Source: Candidatus Poseidoniaceae archaeon (GTDB lineage Archaea; Thermoplasmatota; Poseidoniia; Poseidoniales; Poseidoniaceae). Taken from it: 64,000 nt of DNA. Position 1 is the first letter of the stretch. Each line of letters opens with the position of its first letter. Location: the NCBI GenBank assembly GCA_016777125.1, contig JADHSC010000003.1:15164-79163 (forward strand). The letters are read 5' to 3'. Shown here piece after piece: positions 29,201 to 37,878 of this stretch. The notes under the pieces were generated by a model, which worked only from the letters and a program-made list of their open reading frames with translations, did not search any database and was not told where the DNA came from. Both the position numbers and the translations under genes were made by a program.

Positions 29201-32200
29201 GTTCATGTTTGGATTGAATGGTATTTGACCGAAATCAGTCGAGATGAGCATTCGATACTCATCTTGACCTGAATCGATACCAATCATACTGGAATCGCCA
29301 TCCAAGTTGACGTCTGCAGTTCCGCTGTAGACGGAAGCATCTTCGACATTGGTGTGAGCCATCTCTTGAATTTCGTTTCCAGTTTGGAATTCATAGGTCC
29401 AAGTGTGATCAAAATTATCTTGTGTCGTCGGATCACCAATACCTACAATCCATCGCGAAGAAGACGGCCCTGGAATAGAACCATTGACTGCTTGAACCCA
29501 CCACTCGAAGGTTGAACCAGGAGTCAAAGAGGTATCAAACACAAAGTTTGTTCCTGTTATCTGACTTGAAATTCCAGATTTGAAATTGTATTGGCCAGAG
29601 GAATTACGGATGGTAACGATGTATCCGGTCGCTCCAGTAACTGGGTTCCAAGAAAGTGTTGGCTTGTCCAATGGTTCAAGCAGAGTTGTTGTTGTATTGT
29701 ACAGCACAGTTCCATCTACAGGTGAGATAAGGACTGGTTGTGCCGGTGGGATAACACCTGCAATGTTATCGACATAATCGACGCGAAGGACAGGACGCAA
29801 GGCTGTCGAGGAAGATTCGCCCGAATGGAATGAATGCAAACTACTTGCTGTTCCAACAGCTGATAGTTTGATGGTCATTGAAAGATTTCCATTAGCAATG
29901 TTTGATTGAGCCAGTGAGGTAATATCCCATTCCAGCCAACCATTTGGTGGCGTTACTGGTAGAGTAGAACGTGTTATTTCTGTCGCATTGCATGTTGGAG
30001 ATTGCAATGCAGTGACGAAACCTTCATTGAATGTTGAACAAGCGTGAGCACTCACAGTTATTGGGGAGACCCCTGTTACTTGTGTTCGATACATACGCAG
30101 CATTACAGAGGTTGGCGTGATTGCACTTGGCCAAGGCATCTGAGACAAATCATATTCAATGAAAATCTCATTGTCCCCAGAAGAACCAGCACCAAGTAAC
30201 AGTGTGGCGCTCGAACCATAATTTGTGTTAAACGATGAAGAGGAAGTGTACGTATCAGGAGCATCAGGGAGTAAACCCGTGCTTGTAAAAATAGACCCAC
30301 TTGAGAGGTTTACAGTATGGTTTCCTAAACCGTCATCGTACCCTTGTGCATCAGGAATACGGTATTTGTTAACTTGAGAATATTCTCCGATTCTGTAGTA
30401 ATCTTCGATTGATTGGTAGGAACGAACGCGCCAGTATTGCCATTCGTCTCCAGATGTTGCATTCGTATTCGCAAGAGTGGTAGTCGATGGATCCCAAGTG
30501 AGGTTGGCCTCAGAGAGAGAAGTGGTATCAGTAGACAAAATACAAGCAAGATCGTAAATCATTCGAGCATCAGATGCAGAACAAATCTGGTATCCTGTTT
30601 CGTTGGAAGACGGAGGAGTCCATGAATGGTTTACATGATCAACTCCAGTTGGACGGGGAGCGGACATATTCCATAGGGTCGAACTGTCAACAGGGAGGAG
30701 ATTTGATGGACTTGAAGCAACATATGGGTTTGTTGTTCTGTATGTTAGATTCAAACTTGGGCGCAGGCTGGTTGAAGTCTCATCACTTGAGAAGAAATCC
30801 ATTCTACCATCGACACTGCTGAAATTCTCTTCAGGTTGAACAAGAATATGGATTGTATTCACTCCTTGAACAAGGGCTTGTTGAATGACTTCCGTAATGT
30901 TTCCAAAGACAGTTTCATCACTTGATTCAACAAGACCTGCCCCGTTCATTGGAACTGAGGTATCGGACGAATGGTAAGCACCTGGAGCATTCCAAGTCGT
31001 TGAGCTTGTCGCATTATTCCAATTTGCATCTGCATCGAATGACGTGAGAACCTTGGAGTGGCTACTCCATACTTCTCCGTACGAACCAGATTCTATGTTA
31101 AGATAAAGTTCAGCAGACATCACTTCAAAGGAATTACTAAGCGGTAATTTCGAGATATCTATTGAGAAGAGAACAGAGGAACGAGCTGATGTACTTGTTG
31201 TGAAGGAGGAACGGCCGAAACTGAGAACACTATTTCCTGCAAGATTTGAATTTGGAGAACCGGAATCGAGTCCAATGTCTTGGATGAAACCAGATGGCTC
31301 GTTAAGAGATGGCAAGAAGCCTCCTTCGGTAATGTTGACGTATCCCCATGTACTGTTAATCTCTTGACCAATGTCATGAGGTATATGGAATACTGAACTT
31401 GTTGAACGTGGACCGAGCATGCTGTTGTTTACGGGTTGAACGAACCAGCGAACACTTTGATTTGTGCTAAGATCGGTCGAAGGTTGGAAGGTTAGACTTT
31501 GCAAATCGAACATTGAAGAATCAACACGTGAATCGTATGTTGTGAATCCTTCCATGATATCAGAAGCATCATTTTGCAGGAAGACTTTCCAATCATCGAT
31601 ATTCGCAGAATTAGAGTGTGTCCAACTCAACACTGGACGTGTATCTGGTTCTGGAACGTGTGTTGACAGATTCCATGACATATCCCCATCAGCAGGTAAT
31701 GCGTTTGCACCAGCCACAGTAGGAATTGTTGAAGTTCCTTCAGTCCATGTGAGATTGAGCCATGGTCGTTGAGTGGTAAGCCCTTCTGTGCTTGCAAAGG
31801 TGATCAGTGAATCAGAAGAATCGCTCGTCATCAGAGCAATTGAAAGATATGAATCACCGTTTGCAAGTGCTGCTTGCACAAGTTCTGTAACATCCCAATC
31901 CATCCAATCTGCACTTGCAGAAGTACTCAAATCACTGAGTTGACCAACATCGTTTCCGATGGAACGGCCGCCATCTAATGTCCATGAATTCGTACCATCA
32001 TAGGTTGAATTGTTGAGGTCAGTCGTCCAAGTTTGCAATACTGGTCGAACTGCAATTTCTGTATTCGTATCAGAACCTACAAGAGCCCACAGATTCAATT
32101 CTGCGTTTGTCACGCGAGCATTCGAAGGTGAAGGAATCTGATCGAGAGGAATCTTCAGGAGTGCTGTCGATTGGTAGCCACTACCAAGTTCTCCAACCTT

Positions 32201-35200
32201 CATCGAGGTGGATGTAGAGTGGTTTTGTTGCCCTTCCATACCTCCTTCGGCCACCCATGTGTCAATGAAATGTGGTAGCCCCAAATCAGGCATAGCTTCC
32301 GCATGACGAATCTCAACTGCTGCGCTGGTTGATGAAAGATTCCATGTTGTTAGAGATGGAATGTTGAAGTGGAATGTTTGCGACCAATTTCCAAGTTGAT
32401 TTGTTGTCGAGATTGTACGTACACGCCAGTACCATGTTTCACCAACTGTCAAATCGTTTTGTGGAGTAAAGGTTTTCCCATTTACATCGAAACCTGCGTT
32501 TGACCATGAAGTCTCAATGCTCATGTAACTGCTGTCAAAGGCGTCGGTTGTATCGACCTGAACGGCATAACCACCAACGCTGATTGCACTGGAATGAGTC
32601 CAATTAAGCATTGGTCGAAGAACTGGCTCAGGATTAATTCCAGGCTGAATGCTCCATGAACCATTCAATGGATTTACTGGAACCGGCTCAACCGGTATGG
32701 CGTTTGAACCTGGGACATAAACGAAACTGAGTTCAGGACGTTTTGCATCAACTGCGCTTCCAGTATGGAATAGCGCATCTCTAATTTGACCTGAACCAGC
32801 ACCAATAATGCCGAGAATAAAGTCTGCAGAATGATTGTCTCTCATCGCGTTTTGCATTGCAAGTGTAACGTTCCAATTAACTGATGAACTGGAAGTATAA
32901 CCACTTCCAATACTTACTGAATCAAGCAATGATGAACGTTCAGATCCCTTTGCGCCAACGGTGCCCCACGTGCTTGACCCATCATAAGTCGCCCAAGTAG
33001 CACCGTCTTCAGTCCAGTTGTTTTGTGTGCTCTCCCAGGCACCAACAGTCGGCGAACCGAATGGGAAATCGCTGAGGTACATTTCTAAATTTGCGGATTC
33101 AACTGCGTAACCATTTGGAAGGAATGTGCTTGATAGATCACATCCAAACAGAATTGTTGTTTCTGATGGAATCGTGTTGTAAGAAACTTGGAGTTCAGTT
33201 TCTTGACCGTAGTTTGAACTTGGCATACCTGAATCAATGTAGGTATCTGCACATGCTGGATGGAGTCCATCCGAACTTGCATTGCCTTGCTTGAGCCTAA
33301 ACTCATAGCGGTCTCCACCAAGCCATGTTGAATTCATGTTACTAATCAGGAATGTCGAATGGGTCCAATCACCATGACGACCATCGGAATCGATGTGGAG
33401 CATCCTCCAGTTGTACATGTGTCCGGCTTCAAGGCTATTGGCACCAGTGAATGAAAAATCTCCGTCACTTGGCAAGAAATCTGAATCAACACGAGTATCA
33501 ACATAAGCGATACGATCATGGTATTGACCGTCTGTTGACAATTCAAAAATCATATCATATGAACTGGATGTGCTAGCAGACCAGGTCAAAGTAGGAGTCG
33601 TATTTCCGGTGAAATTGTGACCTGTTTGATTCCAAAGGGTTTCTCCATCGTAAGGAGAAGTGAGAGAAGGTGCAACGGTTACTGGTGTACCCCATTCATA
33701 TGTGATGTAGAGATATGGTTTGTCAGATTCAGAAGTTGCATCGGAGGAATAGAAGGTTACAGAATCAATTCCAGCATTTGCAGAATAAGCACCATTTTCT
33801 GAGCGCGTTGTGATTGCCAAATCGATTACACCCGTGTTTCCATTATCCAAGTGTTGTTGTAATGTAGGGGTCAAGTCAAACGAAAAGTCATCACTGATCT
33901 GTGAACCAAAAATGCCCGTATCTGTCGCATGACTAATCAATCCTCGGCCTCCGCTTCTCCACCATTGACTGGTTTTATTTTGCAGCCATGTAAGTTCATC
34001 TTCATTCCATGCACCATCATTGTCCATTTCATGTAATGCAAGCGTTGCTGAACCGCTTGAAGTGGATCGGGTAAGATTCAATGAAGCCTCAAGAACTGTT
34101 GCATTTGAGTGCATTCCGAGGGCATCGAATGCCAATCTGAAATGAGGAATAGTCTCTTTGGTTGAAGATAATGTAGCATCCAATGTAGTGGAGGACCCAT
34201 AATTGGTATTCTTGTTATTCTCATCTGCGACCGCATCTTCGATGAAATTCAGGTCTGTTGATAGATCATTAATGTTGACGGCAATTGTAGCTGTCCCATC
34301 TCCGTTATCGATGACGTCGTGTTCAGGGAGGAAGAACGAACCTGTTTCCCATGAACCGAGAATTCCTGTCGTATCCATTGAACGCATTCGATAATGCATG
34401 TAGGTTCCGTTCTCAAAGGCAGCAGATGAAGGGATGGCAAGAGAACCTGTAGTTCCTGCCAAGGTGAATAAGCTCGTTTGAATATCTGAATTAAAAAGCC
34501 AGGCGTAATCGTCTTCCGTACTCTTGAAACTGGAATCGAGTGAAACTTGAACTTCAGCGAGAATACCGGAATATGTATTCCACGTCATTGAGGGTGTTAG
34601 GTCTGCTGAAAGGATGAAATCTCCAGTCATCAATGGCGCACCATCAGAAACGAAATCGGGAGTGATTTGGCCCCCTGCACCAGCAGTTGAGGTTGAAGAG
34701 TCAACGATCATTACTGGCTTGTTAGCGACATTTAGGGTTTCATTGAGTTCACAATCATATTGTGCTTCATGAGCAGAAATTACCAGGTCGAGAGAACTCT
34801 GGCTCGAAGCTACTGCAGCCTGAGTCAAAGCAGTGACATTGAGTTCGACTGTAGAGGAACCACCGCCAATATTGAGCGGGGCTGTAAGATGGAAGGGTTC
34901 CCATCCATCACGATCGGTTGTGCCATCCACACCAGGTTGAGCCCATGCAAGAACTCCATTTCTCGAATTCCAAGTTGCGCTCTCGTTCCATGATGCGCTT
35001 GTTGCGGCCGGATAAACCGCCAAACCATTCGAAGCATCACTACTGCTGCACACAAGGTCAACTCGTGAGGAATGAATCGTATCTGTTGATGCATAATTCA
35101 AAGGGAATGAAATCAAGATTCGGCTATCGCTTGTTCCTGAAACACCCAGCAATCCAGTGTCATCGCTGGAAAAGTCATCGTTTGGAAAATCTGAATCGAT

Positions 35201-35371
35201 GTATGTGTCTGTTGTAGGATTAAGAGTCGAAGTAACATGGAGAACCGTTTGCTCCTCCTCAAGTTGTTCGGGGGCAGGGAAGGCTGATGGGACGAACACA
35301 TCGGCGAGTAAAAACATCAAAACCATGATTATGGCTGCTGAAAGATTTTGGGTATTGGTGGTGGTTCTCAT
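26207..35371 (-). CDS. Giant cell-surface protein (3054 aa). Signal peptide, many beta-rich adhesin-like domains, C-terminal TM anchor, and an acidic/Pro-Gly-repeat/Trp-rich cytoplasmic tail.
   Basis: N-terminal signal AAIIMVLMFLLADVFVPSAFPA. C-terminal TM VGAVLIGLIAVVLLVLLVMAL, then RDDDDWDDDYDEDDED, 2.5 copies of GPSGPAPGT, and a terminal TWYYREPGQTDWAVWED. Confidence 0.65.
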   Translation of the reverse strand: MRTTTNTQNLSAAIIMVLMFLLADVFVPSAFPAPEQLEEEQTVLHVTSTLNPTTDTYIDSDFPNDDFSSDDTGLLGVSGTSDSRILISFPLNYASTDTIHSSRVDLVCSSSDASNGLAVYPAATSASWNESATWNSRNGVLAWAQPGVDGTTDRDGWEPFHLTAPLNIGGGSSTVELNVTALTQAAVASSQSSLDLVISAHEAQYDCELNETLNVANKPVMIVDSSTSTAGAGGQITPDFVSDGAPLMTGDFILSADLTPSMTWNTYSGILAEVQVSLDSSFKSTEDDYAWLFNSDIQTSLFTLAGTTGSLAIPSSAAFENGTYMHYRMRSMDTTGILGSWETGSFFLPEHDVIDNGDGTATIAVNINDLSTDLNFIEDAVADENNKNTNYGSSTTLDATLSSTKETIPHFRLAFDALGMHSNATVLEASLNLTRSTSSGSATLALHEMDNDGAWNEDELTWLQNKTSQWWRSGGRGLISHATDTGIFGSQISDDFSFDLTPTLQQHLDNGNTGVIDLAITTRSENGAYSANAGIDSVTFYSSDATSESDKPYLYITYEWGTPVTVAPSLTSPYDGETLWNQTGHNFTGNTTPTLTWSASTSSSYDMIFELSTDGQYHDRIAYVDTRVDSDFLPSDGDFSFTGANSLEAGHMYNWRMLHIDSDGRHGDWTHSTFLISNMNSTWLGGDRYEFRLKQGNASSDGLHPACADTYIDSGMPSSNYGQETELQVSYNTIPSETTILFGCDLSSTFLPNGYAVESANLEMYLSDFPFGSPTVGAWESTQNNWTEDGATWATYDGSSTWGTVGAKGSERSSLLDSVSIGSGYTSSSSVNWNVTLAMQNAMRDNHSADFILGIIGAGSGQIRDALFHTGSAVDAKRPELSFVYVPGSNAIPVEPVPVNPLNGSWSIQPGINPEPVLRPMLNWTHSSAISVGGYAVQVDTTDAFDSSYMSIETSWSNAGFDVNGKTFTPQNDLTVGETWYWRVRTISTTNQLGNWSQTFHFNIPSLTTWNLSSTSAAVEIRHAEAMPDLGLPHFIDTWVAEGGMEGQQNHSTSTSMKVGELGSGYQSTALLKIPLDQIPSPSNARVTNAELNLWALVGSDTNTEIAVRPVLQTWTTDLNNSTYDGTNSWTLDGGRSIGNDVGQLSDLSTSASADWMDWDVTELVQAALANGDSYLSIALMTSDSSDSLITFASTEGLTTQRPWLNLTWTEGTSTIPTVAGANALPADGDMSWNLSTHVPEPDTRPVLSWTHSNSANIDDWKVFLQNDASDIMEGFTTYDSRVDSSMFDLQSLTFQPSTDLSTNQSVRWFVQPVNNSMLGPRSTSSVFHIPHDIGQEINSTWGYVNITEGGFLPSLNEPSGFIQDIGLDSGSPNSNLAGNSVLSFGRSSFTTSTSARSSVLFSIDISKLPLSNSFEVMSAELYLNIESGSYGEVWSSHSKVLTSFDADANWNNATSSTTWNAPGAYHSSDTSVPMNGAGLVESSDETVFGNITEVIQQALVQGVNTIHILVQPEENFSSVDGRMDFFSSDETSTSLRPSLNLTYRTTNPYVASSPSNLLPVDSSTLWNMSAPRPTGVDHVNHSWTPPSSNETGYQICSASDARMIYDLACILSTDTTSLSEANLTWDPSTTTLANTNATSGDEWQYWRVRSYQSIEDYYRIGEYSQVNKYRIPDAQGYDDGLGNHTVNLSSGSIFTSTGLLPDAPDTYTSSSSFNTNYGSSATLLLGAGSSGDNEIFIEYDLSQMPWPSAITPTSVMLRMYRTQVTGVSPITVSAHACSTFNEGFVTALQSPTCNATEITRSTLPVTPPNGWLEWDITSLAQSNIANGNLSMTIKLSAVGTASSLHSFHSGESSSTALRPVLRVDYVDNIAGVIPPAQPVLISPVDGTVLYNTTTTLLEPLDKPTLSWNPVTGATGYIVTIRNSSGQYNFKSGISSQITGTNFVFDTSLTPGSTFEWWVQAVNGSIPGPSSSRWIVGIGDPTTQDNFDHTWTYEFQTGNEIQEMAHTNVEDASVYSGTADVNLDGDSSMIGIDSGQDEYRMLISTDFGQIPFNPNMNVHSVDLSLYLTDLDFGAGATGMTLSVHKVLTTGWGETSVTWNGTGAATWGAPGLQPGVDYDSTPLDTFFVSNSQATNQWVQMSLGHRSLFIDGTHGWVIIATVNQGWMTVEFADNSDSTSNLRPLMQMNYTDIDSVTISPTATTTDADTSVTFSASTFDYNSLVATVPIVWSASSGQIDASTGVYTPSTTGVHTITACFGVICADETVTVTPGAPVNLVVTPLTATITSDDTLQLTADVVDQFGNVVPGESITFSPSNGSMGGTFGDVFQPYSVGGQTVSVTWTTITVIVNVQVELGAPSEIVLVGCEGVTPAGTECEITTTLYDQFGNIIPLSEAGALTYSVTDGLYSEATSMYFADQVGTWQFSLTSGIGLSDSITITTGHGAMDSLEIVPSAWDLTADEIIFMNTTRIDIQGNRLPVSLPLANWTFVSDGAVNITFNHPVQWIPTGLGGRVITAQYETISASITVNVTKGAMTGMALIVDSADANDQSYSLTADETLQVKAKATDAKGNRWTIDVNWTISHPSWTDQSVLLYTLSDETEFMPQLASEIPYMIYAEYTSGSVVFSESVSAVVSEGILQIFTMNSVASTGDSSTTYDISADQHIDFSVSLSDGDLNPLEASRLTWLFEDLDSGSIQDMTSTFEADAYHWEATTVGSYRITAFVVNAEGFNYSKQVDISVYHGIAVSLDHALDTLSEDAGESIDIIITGTDNDGNTFPQDVEWTEDGTLSSRIVPLANLDGERIPGGYLYQASVAGEHVMVYSTPSATNTFELSIQPQMVVAYLEVVLSATTVDQQASIDVTVEAKDMFYNPIPVPSSARVDSTGRGTVKELGPGQWRVTTLDSGGQTITVTAGQVSESLEIEVTGTFGGFFAAGGALYYVGAVLIGLIAVVLLVLLVMALRSGRDDDDWDDDYDEDDEDSAPATRGPSGPAPGTGPSGPAPGTGPSNPPPEAEEKEDTSWMVEHRVDDDGTEWAQNEDETWYYREPGQTDWAVWED
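26350..26430 (-). repeat. In-frame tandem 27-bp repeat (about 2.5 copies) encoding GPSGPAPGT in the cytoplasmic tail of the 3054-aa protein.
   Basis: ggaccagttccaggtgcagggccactc / ggaccagttccaggcgcaggaccactt are near-identical adjacent units. Confidence 0.7.
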
Positions 35372-35419
35372 GGCGCTCGCTTCGGCTAAGATGTGGAAGG
35401 TTATGACTGATTCGCTCTA

Positions 35420-35438
35420 CGCCCCCCATAGGGGGGCG
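35420..35438. promoter_or_regulatory. GC-rich perfect hairpin (8-bp stem, 3-nt loop) in the divergent intergenic region between the giant surface-protein gene and rfcS.
   Basis: CGCCCCCC-ata-GGGGGGCG seen directly. It lies upstream of both divergent starts, so it is not a terminator. Confidence 0.3.
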
Positions 35439-35467
35439 CTCAATTTTGTCAATTCAAATCCAACCGA

Positions 35468-36457
35468 ATGTTGAAGGAGGCTCGGCATTCTCTTGACGAT
35501 ATGAGCGAGTTATGGGTTGAGCGCCATCGGCCACAAAGTGTCTCTGAAATACGTGGCCAAGCCTCCGTAGTAAGCCGATTAAAGGTCTATGCAGAACACA
35601 AGGAATTCCCACACTTGCTTTTCGCAGGCCCACCCGGGACAGGAAAGACTACCGCAGCAATGGCACTGACCAAAGACGTCTATGGGAAAAATTTCCGTGA
35701 CAATCTTCTTGAAATGAACGCATCCGACGAGAGAGGATTGGATAAAATACGTTCAAAGGTCAAACAATTTGCACGTACGCAGCCATATGGCGATGCAAAA
35801 TTTAAGATTATTTTCCTTGATGAATCCGATGCACTAACAAACGATGCTCAAGGCGCACTTCGGCGTATTATGGAGCAGTATGCCGAGACATGTCGATTCA
35901 TTCTATCTTGCAACTATTCTTCAAAGGTGATTGAACCAATTCAATCACGATGCGCAGTGTTTCGATTTCGCCCCCTCGCAGATTCGGATGTACTCGATCA
36001 GGTAAAGCACGTCGCGAAAGAGGAGAAGGTGACGCTCGAAGATGATGCGGCAGAAGCATTGGCTCGAATTGCCCAAGGTGATTTGAGAAGGGCAATCACT
36101 GCCCTACAAGTTTCAGCTGCAATCAGCAACACTATTTCCAGAACGGTTGTTTATGAAACATCAGCAACTGCTCCACCTGAAGCATTGCATCAATACATCA
36201 TGGCATGTCGAGAAGATGGATTTCACGTTGCACGAAGAAGGCTTCAAGAACTTCTCGACCGATATGGTTTGGCAGGGACTGATTTTGTCGGTCAACTACA
36301 TCGAGAATTATACGGTGTTGATTTTATTTCGGAAACCGACAAATTGGATCTGACTGAGGTCATGGCTGAAGTTGATTATCGTCTTGTTGAGGGTGGTGGC
36401 GAGCGCATACAACTCGATGCTATGACCGCTCGATTGGTATCAATGCTCAAACCCTGA
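35468..36457 (+). CDS. rfcS: Replication factor C small subunit (clamp loader).
   Basis: Walker A GPPGTGKTT, DEAD-like box IIFLDESDALT, SRC-like motif ILSCNYSSKVIEPIQSRC, and a WVERHRP N-terminal box. Confidence 0.85.
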   Translation: MLKEARHSLDDMSELWVERHRPQSVSEIRGQASVVSRLKVYAEHKEFPHLLFAGPPGTGKTTAAMALTKDVYGKNFRDNLLEMNASDERGLDKIRSKVKQFARTQPYGDAKFKIIFLDESDALTNDAQGALRRIMEQYAETCRFILSCNYSSKVIEPIQSRCAVFRFRPLADSDVLDQVKHVAKEEKVTLEDDAAEALARIAQGDLRRAITALQVSAAISNTISRTVVYETSATAPPEALHQYIMACREDGFHVARRRLQELLDRYGLAGTDFVGQLHRELYGVDFISETDKLDLTEVMAEVDYRLVEGGGERIQLDAMTARLVSMLKP

Positions 36458-36681
36458 ACTTTTCACTTTCACTTTCACATTTACTGCCTGAAAAAAGTAA
36501 CAGTATCTTTGAATTGACGCAAGAATATGAACCAATCAACTCGAATCATGTTTGACGCCCTATCTTGGACACCTCTTGCCCCTTTGGTCAGGACATACCG
36601 ACGTAAACAAGTCGAAACTATGACGGCTCAATTACGAGTCACAATCGAAATCGATTCGTTGTTCGAACGAATTCTAGAGAA

Positions 36682-37611
36682 TCATTCTGATATGCTTTCC
36701 TGATCAAATGGGGATGCGTTGATTATTTCAAGCGTCCAAGAGTAGGTCTGAACATTTTCCCAAGGATCTCCTTTTTCCGTAATCACCACTGTGATTGTAT
36801 GAGTTCCTTCGCCCAAATCTGTTCCTAAAAAGATTGCAAAGGGTTGATCTTGGTCTCCGTGAGGAGTCAAGTTTGGTGAACTCTTATTCGAGCTTGAAGT
36901 ACCATTCTTAATCGCCTCAGCATTATCATACCAGTACGATTCATTCACTTCCCTAGTTGATACATTTGCTTGATATTCCCGAGTCACTTCAACTGAAGCG
37001 CCATCGGAATTTTTGTTATCCATTAGACCGAATAAAAGCCATGCATCCCCTTGCAGAGTAGTTGTTCCGTTGGTGTGCCAAGTAAGTGTCGCCCCTCTAG
37101 TTGAAACATCGAACGGATATTCGATTGCTTCACCATCGTCTGCAATTACCGTCCAAGATTTCGCTAATTCGGGGGCTGCAATATCTCCAAATGGCGGATT
37201 AACAACCAAGAAAGACAATGCTAAGAACGTGAATGTGTGGAGGAAGGCAGCCTTGAACCAAGTGCCCCCACCGTAATGCTCAACAAAGTGTTCTGGCATA
37301 ACTGTTCGATGAAGCGTTGGAATGAGGAATATGCAAGTTAATGGAAGTATGTACAGAATTTTTGAGTTCTCTGGATCAGTTACGCCCATCAGGACATATC
37401 TCATGAGGAGAGTAACCAAAAGTGCGAATCCTAAAACCAGCCACATTGAGGCCATATCTGCCTTCTCTTTTGCGACGTGCTTTACTGGGTCAAAGGGTTC
37501 GATTCCAAGGTTGCGGCCAGTCCGACGTACCTTCTTTTCCTTACCATCTCCAGGCGTTCGTTGTCGGCGCTCACCCTGCGCCGCCGTCATCGCTGTGGAG
37601 AGGTCGACCAT
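36682..37611 (-). CDS. Hypothetical membrane protein. Basic N-terminus, about 3 TM helices, then a Ser/Thr/Asn-rich extracellular domain.
   Basis: Hydrophobic helices WLVLGFALLVTLLMRYVLMG and others. No family recognised. Real start may be an internal Met. Confidence 0.35.
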   Translation of the reverse strand: MVDLSTAMTAAQGERRQRTPGDGKEKKVRRTGRNLGIEPFDPVKHVAKEKADMASMWLVLGFALLVTLLMRYVLMGVTDPENSKILYILPLTCIFLIPTLHRTVMPEHFVEHYGGGTWFKAAFLHTFTFLALSFLVVNPPFGDIAAPELAKSWTVIADDGEAIEYPFDVSTRGATLTWHTNGTTTLQGDAWLLFGLMDNKNSDGASVEVTREYQANVSTREVNESYWYDNAEAIKNGTSSSNKSSPNLTPHGDQDQPFAIFLGTDLGEGTHTITVVITEKGDPWENVQTYSWTLEIINASPFDQESISE

Positions 37612-37707
37612 ACCCCTGCGGATGAGTGAAAGCGAATGAAGGATGCGGTCGGATTCCTTCGATTACAACCCGCATTATTCAAATGGGGGTTTTCGCAGGC
37701 GAGGTTA

Positions 37708-37834
37708 GGCCGGGGTGGCGTAGTTGGTAGCGCGTCGGACTCATAGGGCAGCCTGAAGGCGATCGTATGACGTGCAAACCCCCTTGTGGTGTCTGAGACA
37801 TCCGAAGGTCGCGGGTTCGAGCCCCGCTCCCGGC
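37708..37834 (+). tRNA. tRNA-Met (anticodon CAT; elongator, or possibly tRNA-Ile2). It contains a 54-nt intron at 37745..37798, at the canonical 37/38 position.
   Basis: Cloverleaf read by hand. Acceptor GCCGGGG/TCCCGGC (G1:C72, A73). D arm GCGT-AGTTGGTA-GCGC. Anticodon stem TCGGA/TCCGA flanking CTCATA+intron+A. T arm GCGGG-TTCGAGC-CCCGC. No encoded CCA. Confidence 0.7.
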
Positions 37835-37878
37835 ACCACCATCGTAGCGTTGAAGGGCTTGGCTGTGCAGCAAGTATC

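Noticed and set aside
35157-35474. 105-aa plus-strand ORF spanning the start of the giant gene and the divergent intergenic region.
   Set aside because: It overlaps the conserved signal-peptide coding region on the opposite strand. No motifs. Likely spurious.
37786-37878. N-terminal extension of gatD as given by the ORF track.
   Set aside because: It would overlap the 3' half of the tRNA-Met gene. The internal Met at 37879 gives a normal-length GatD.
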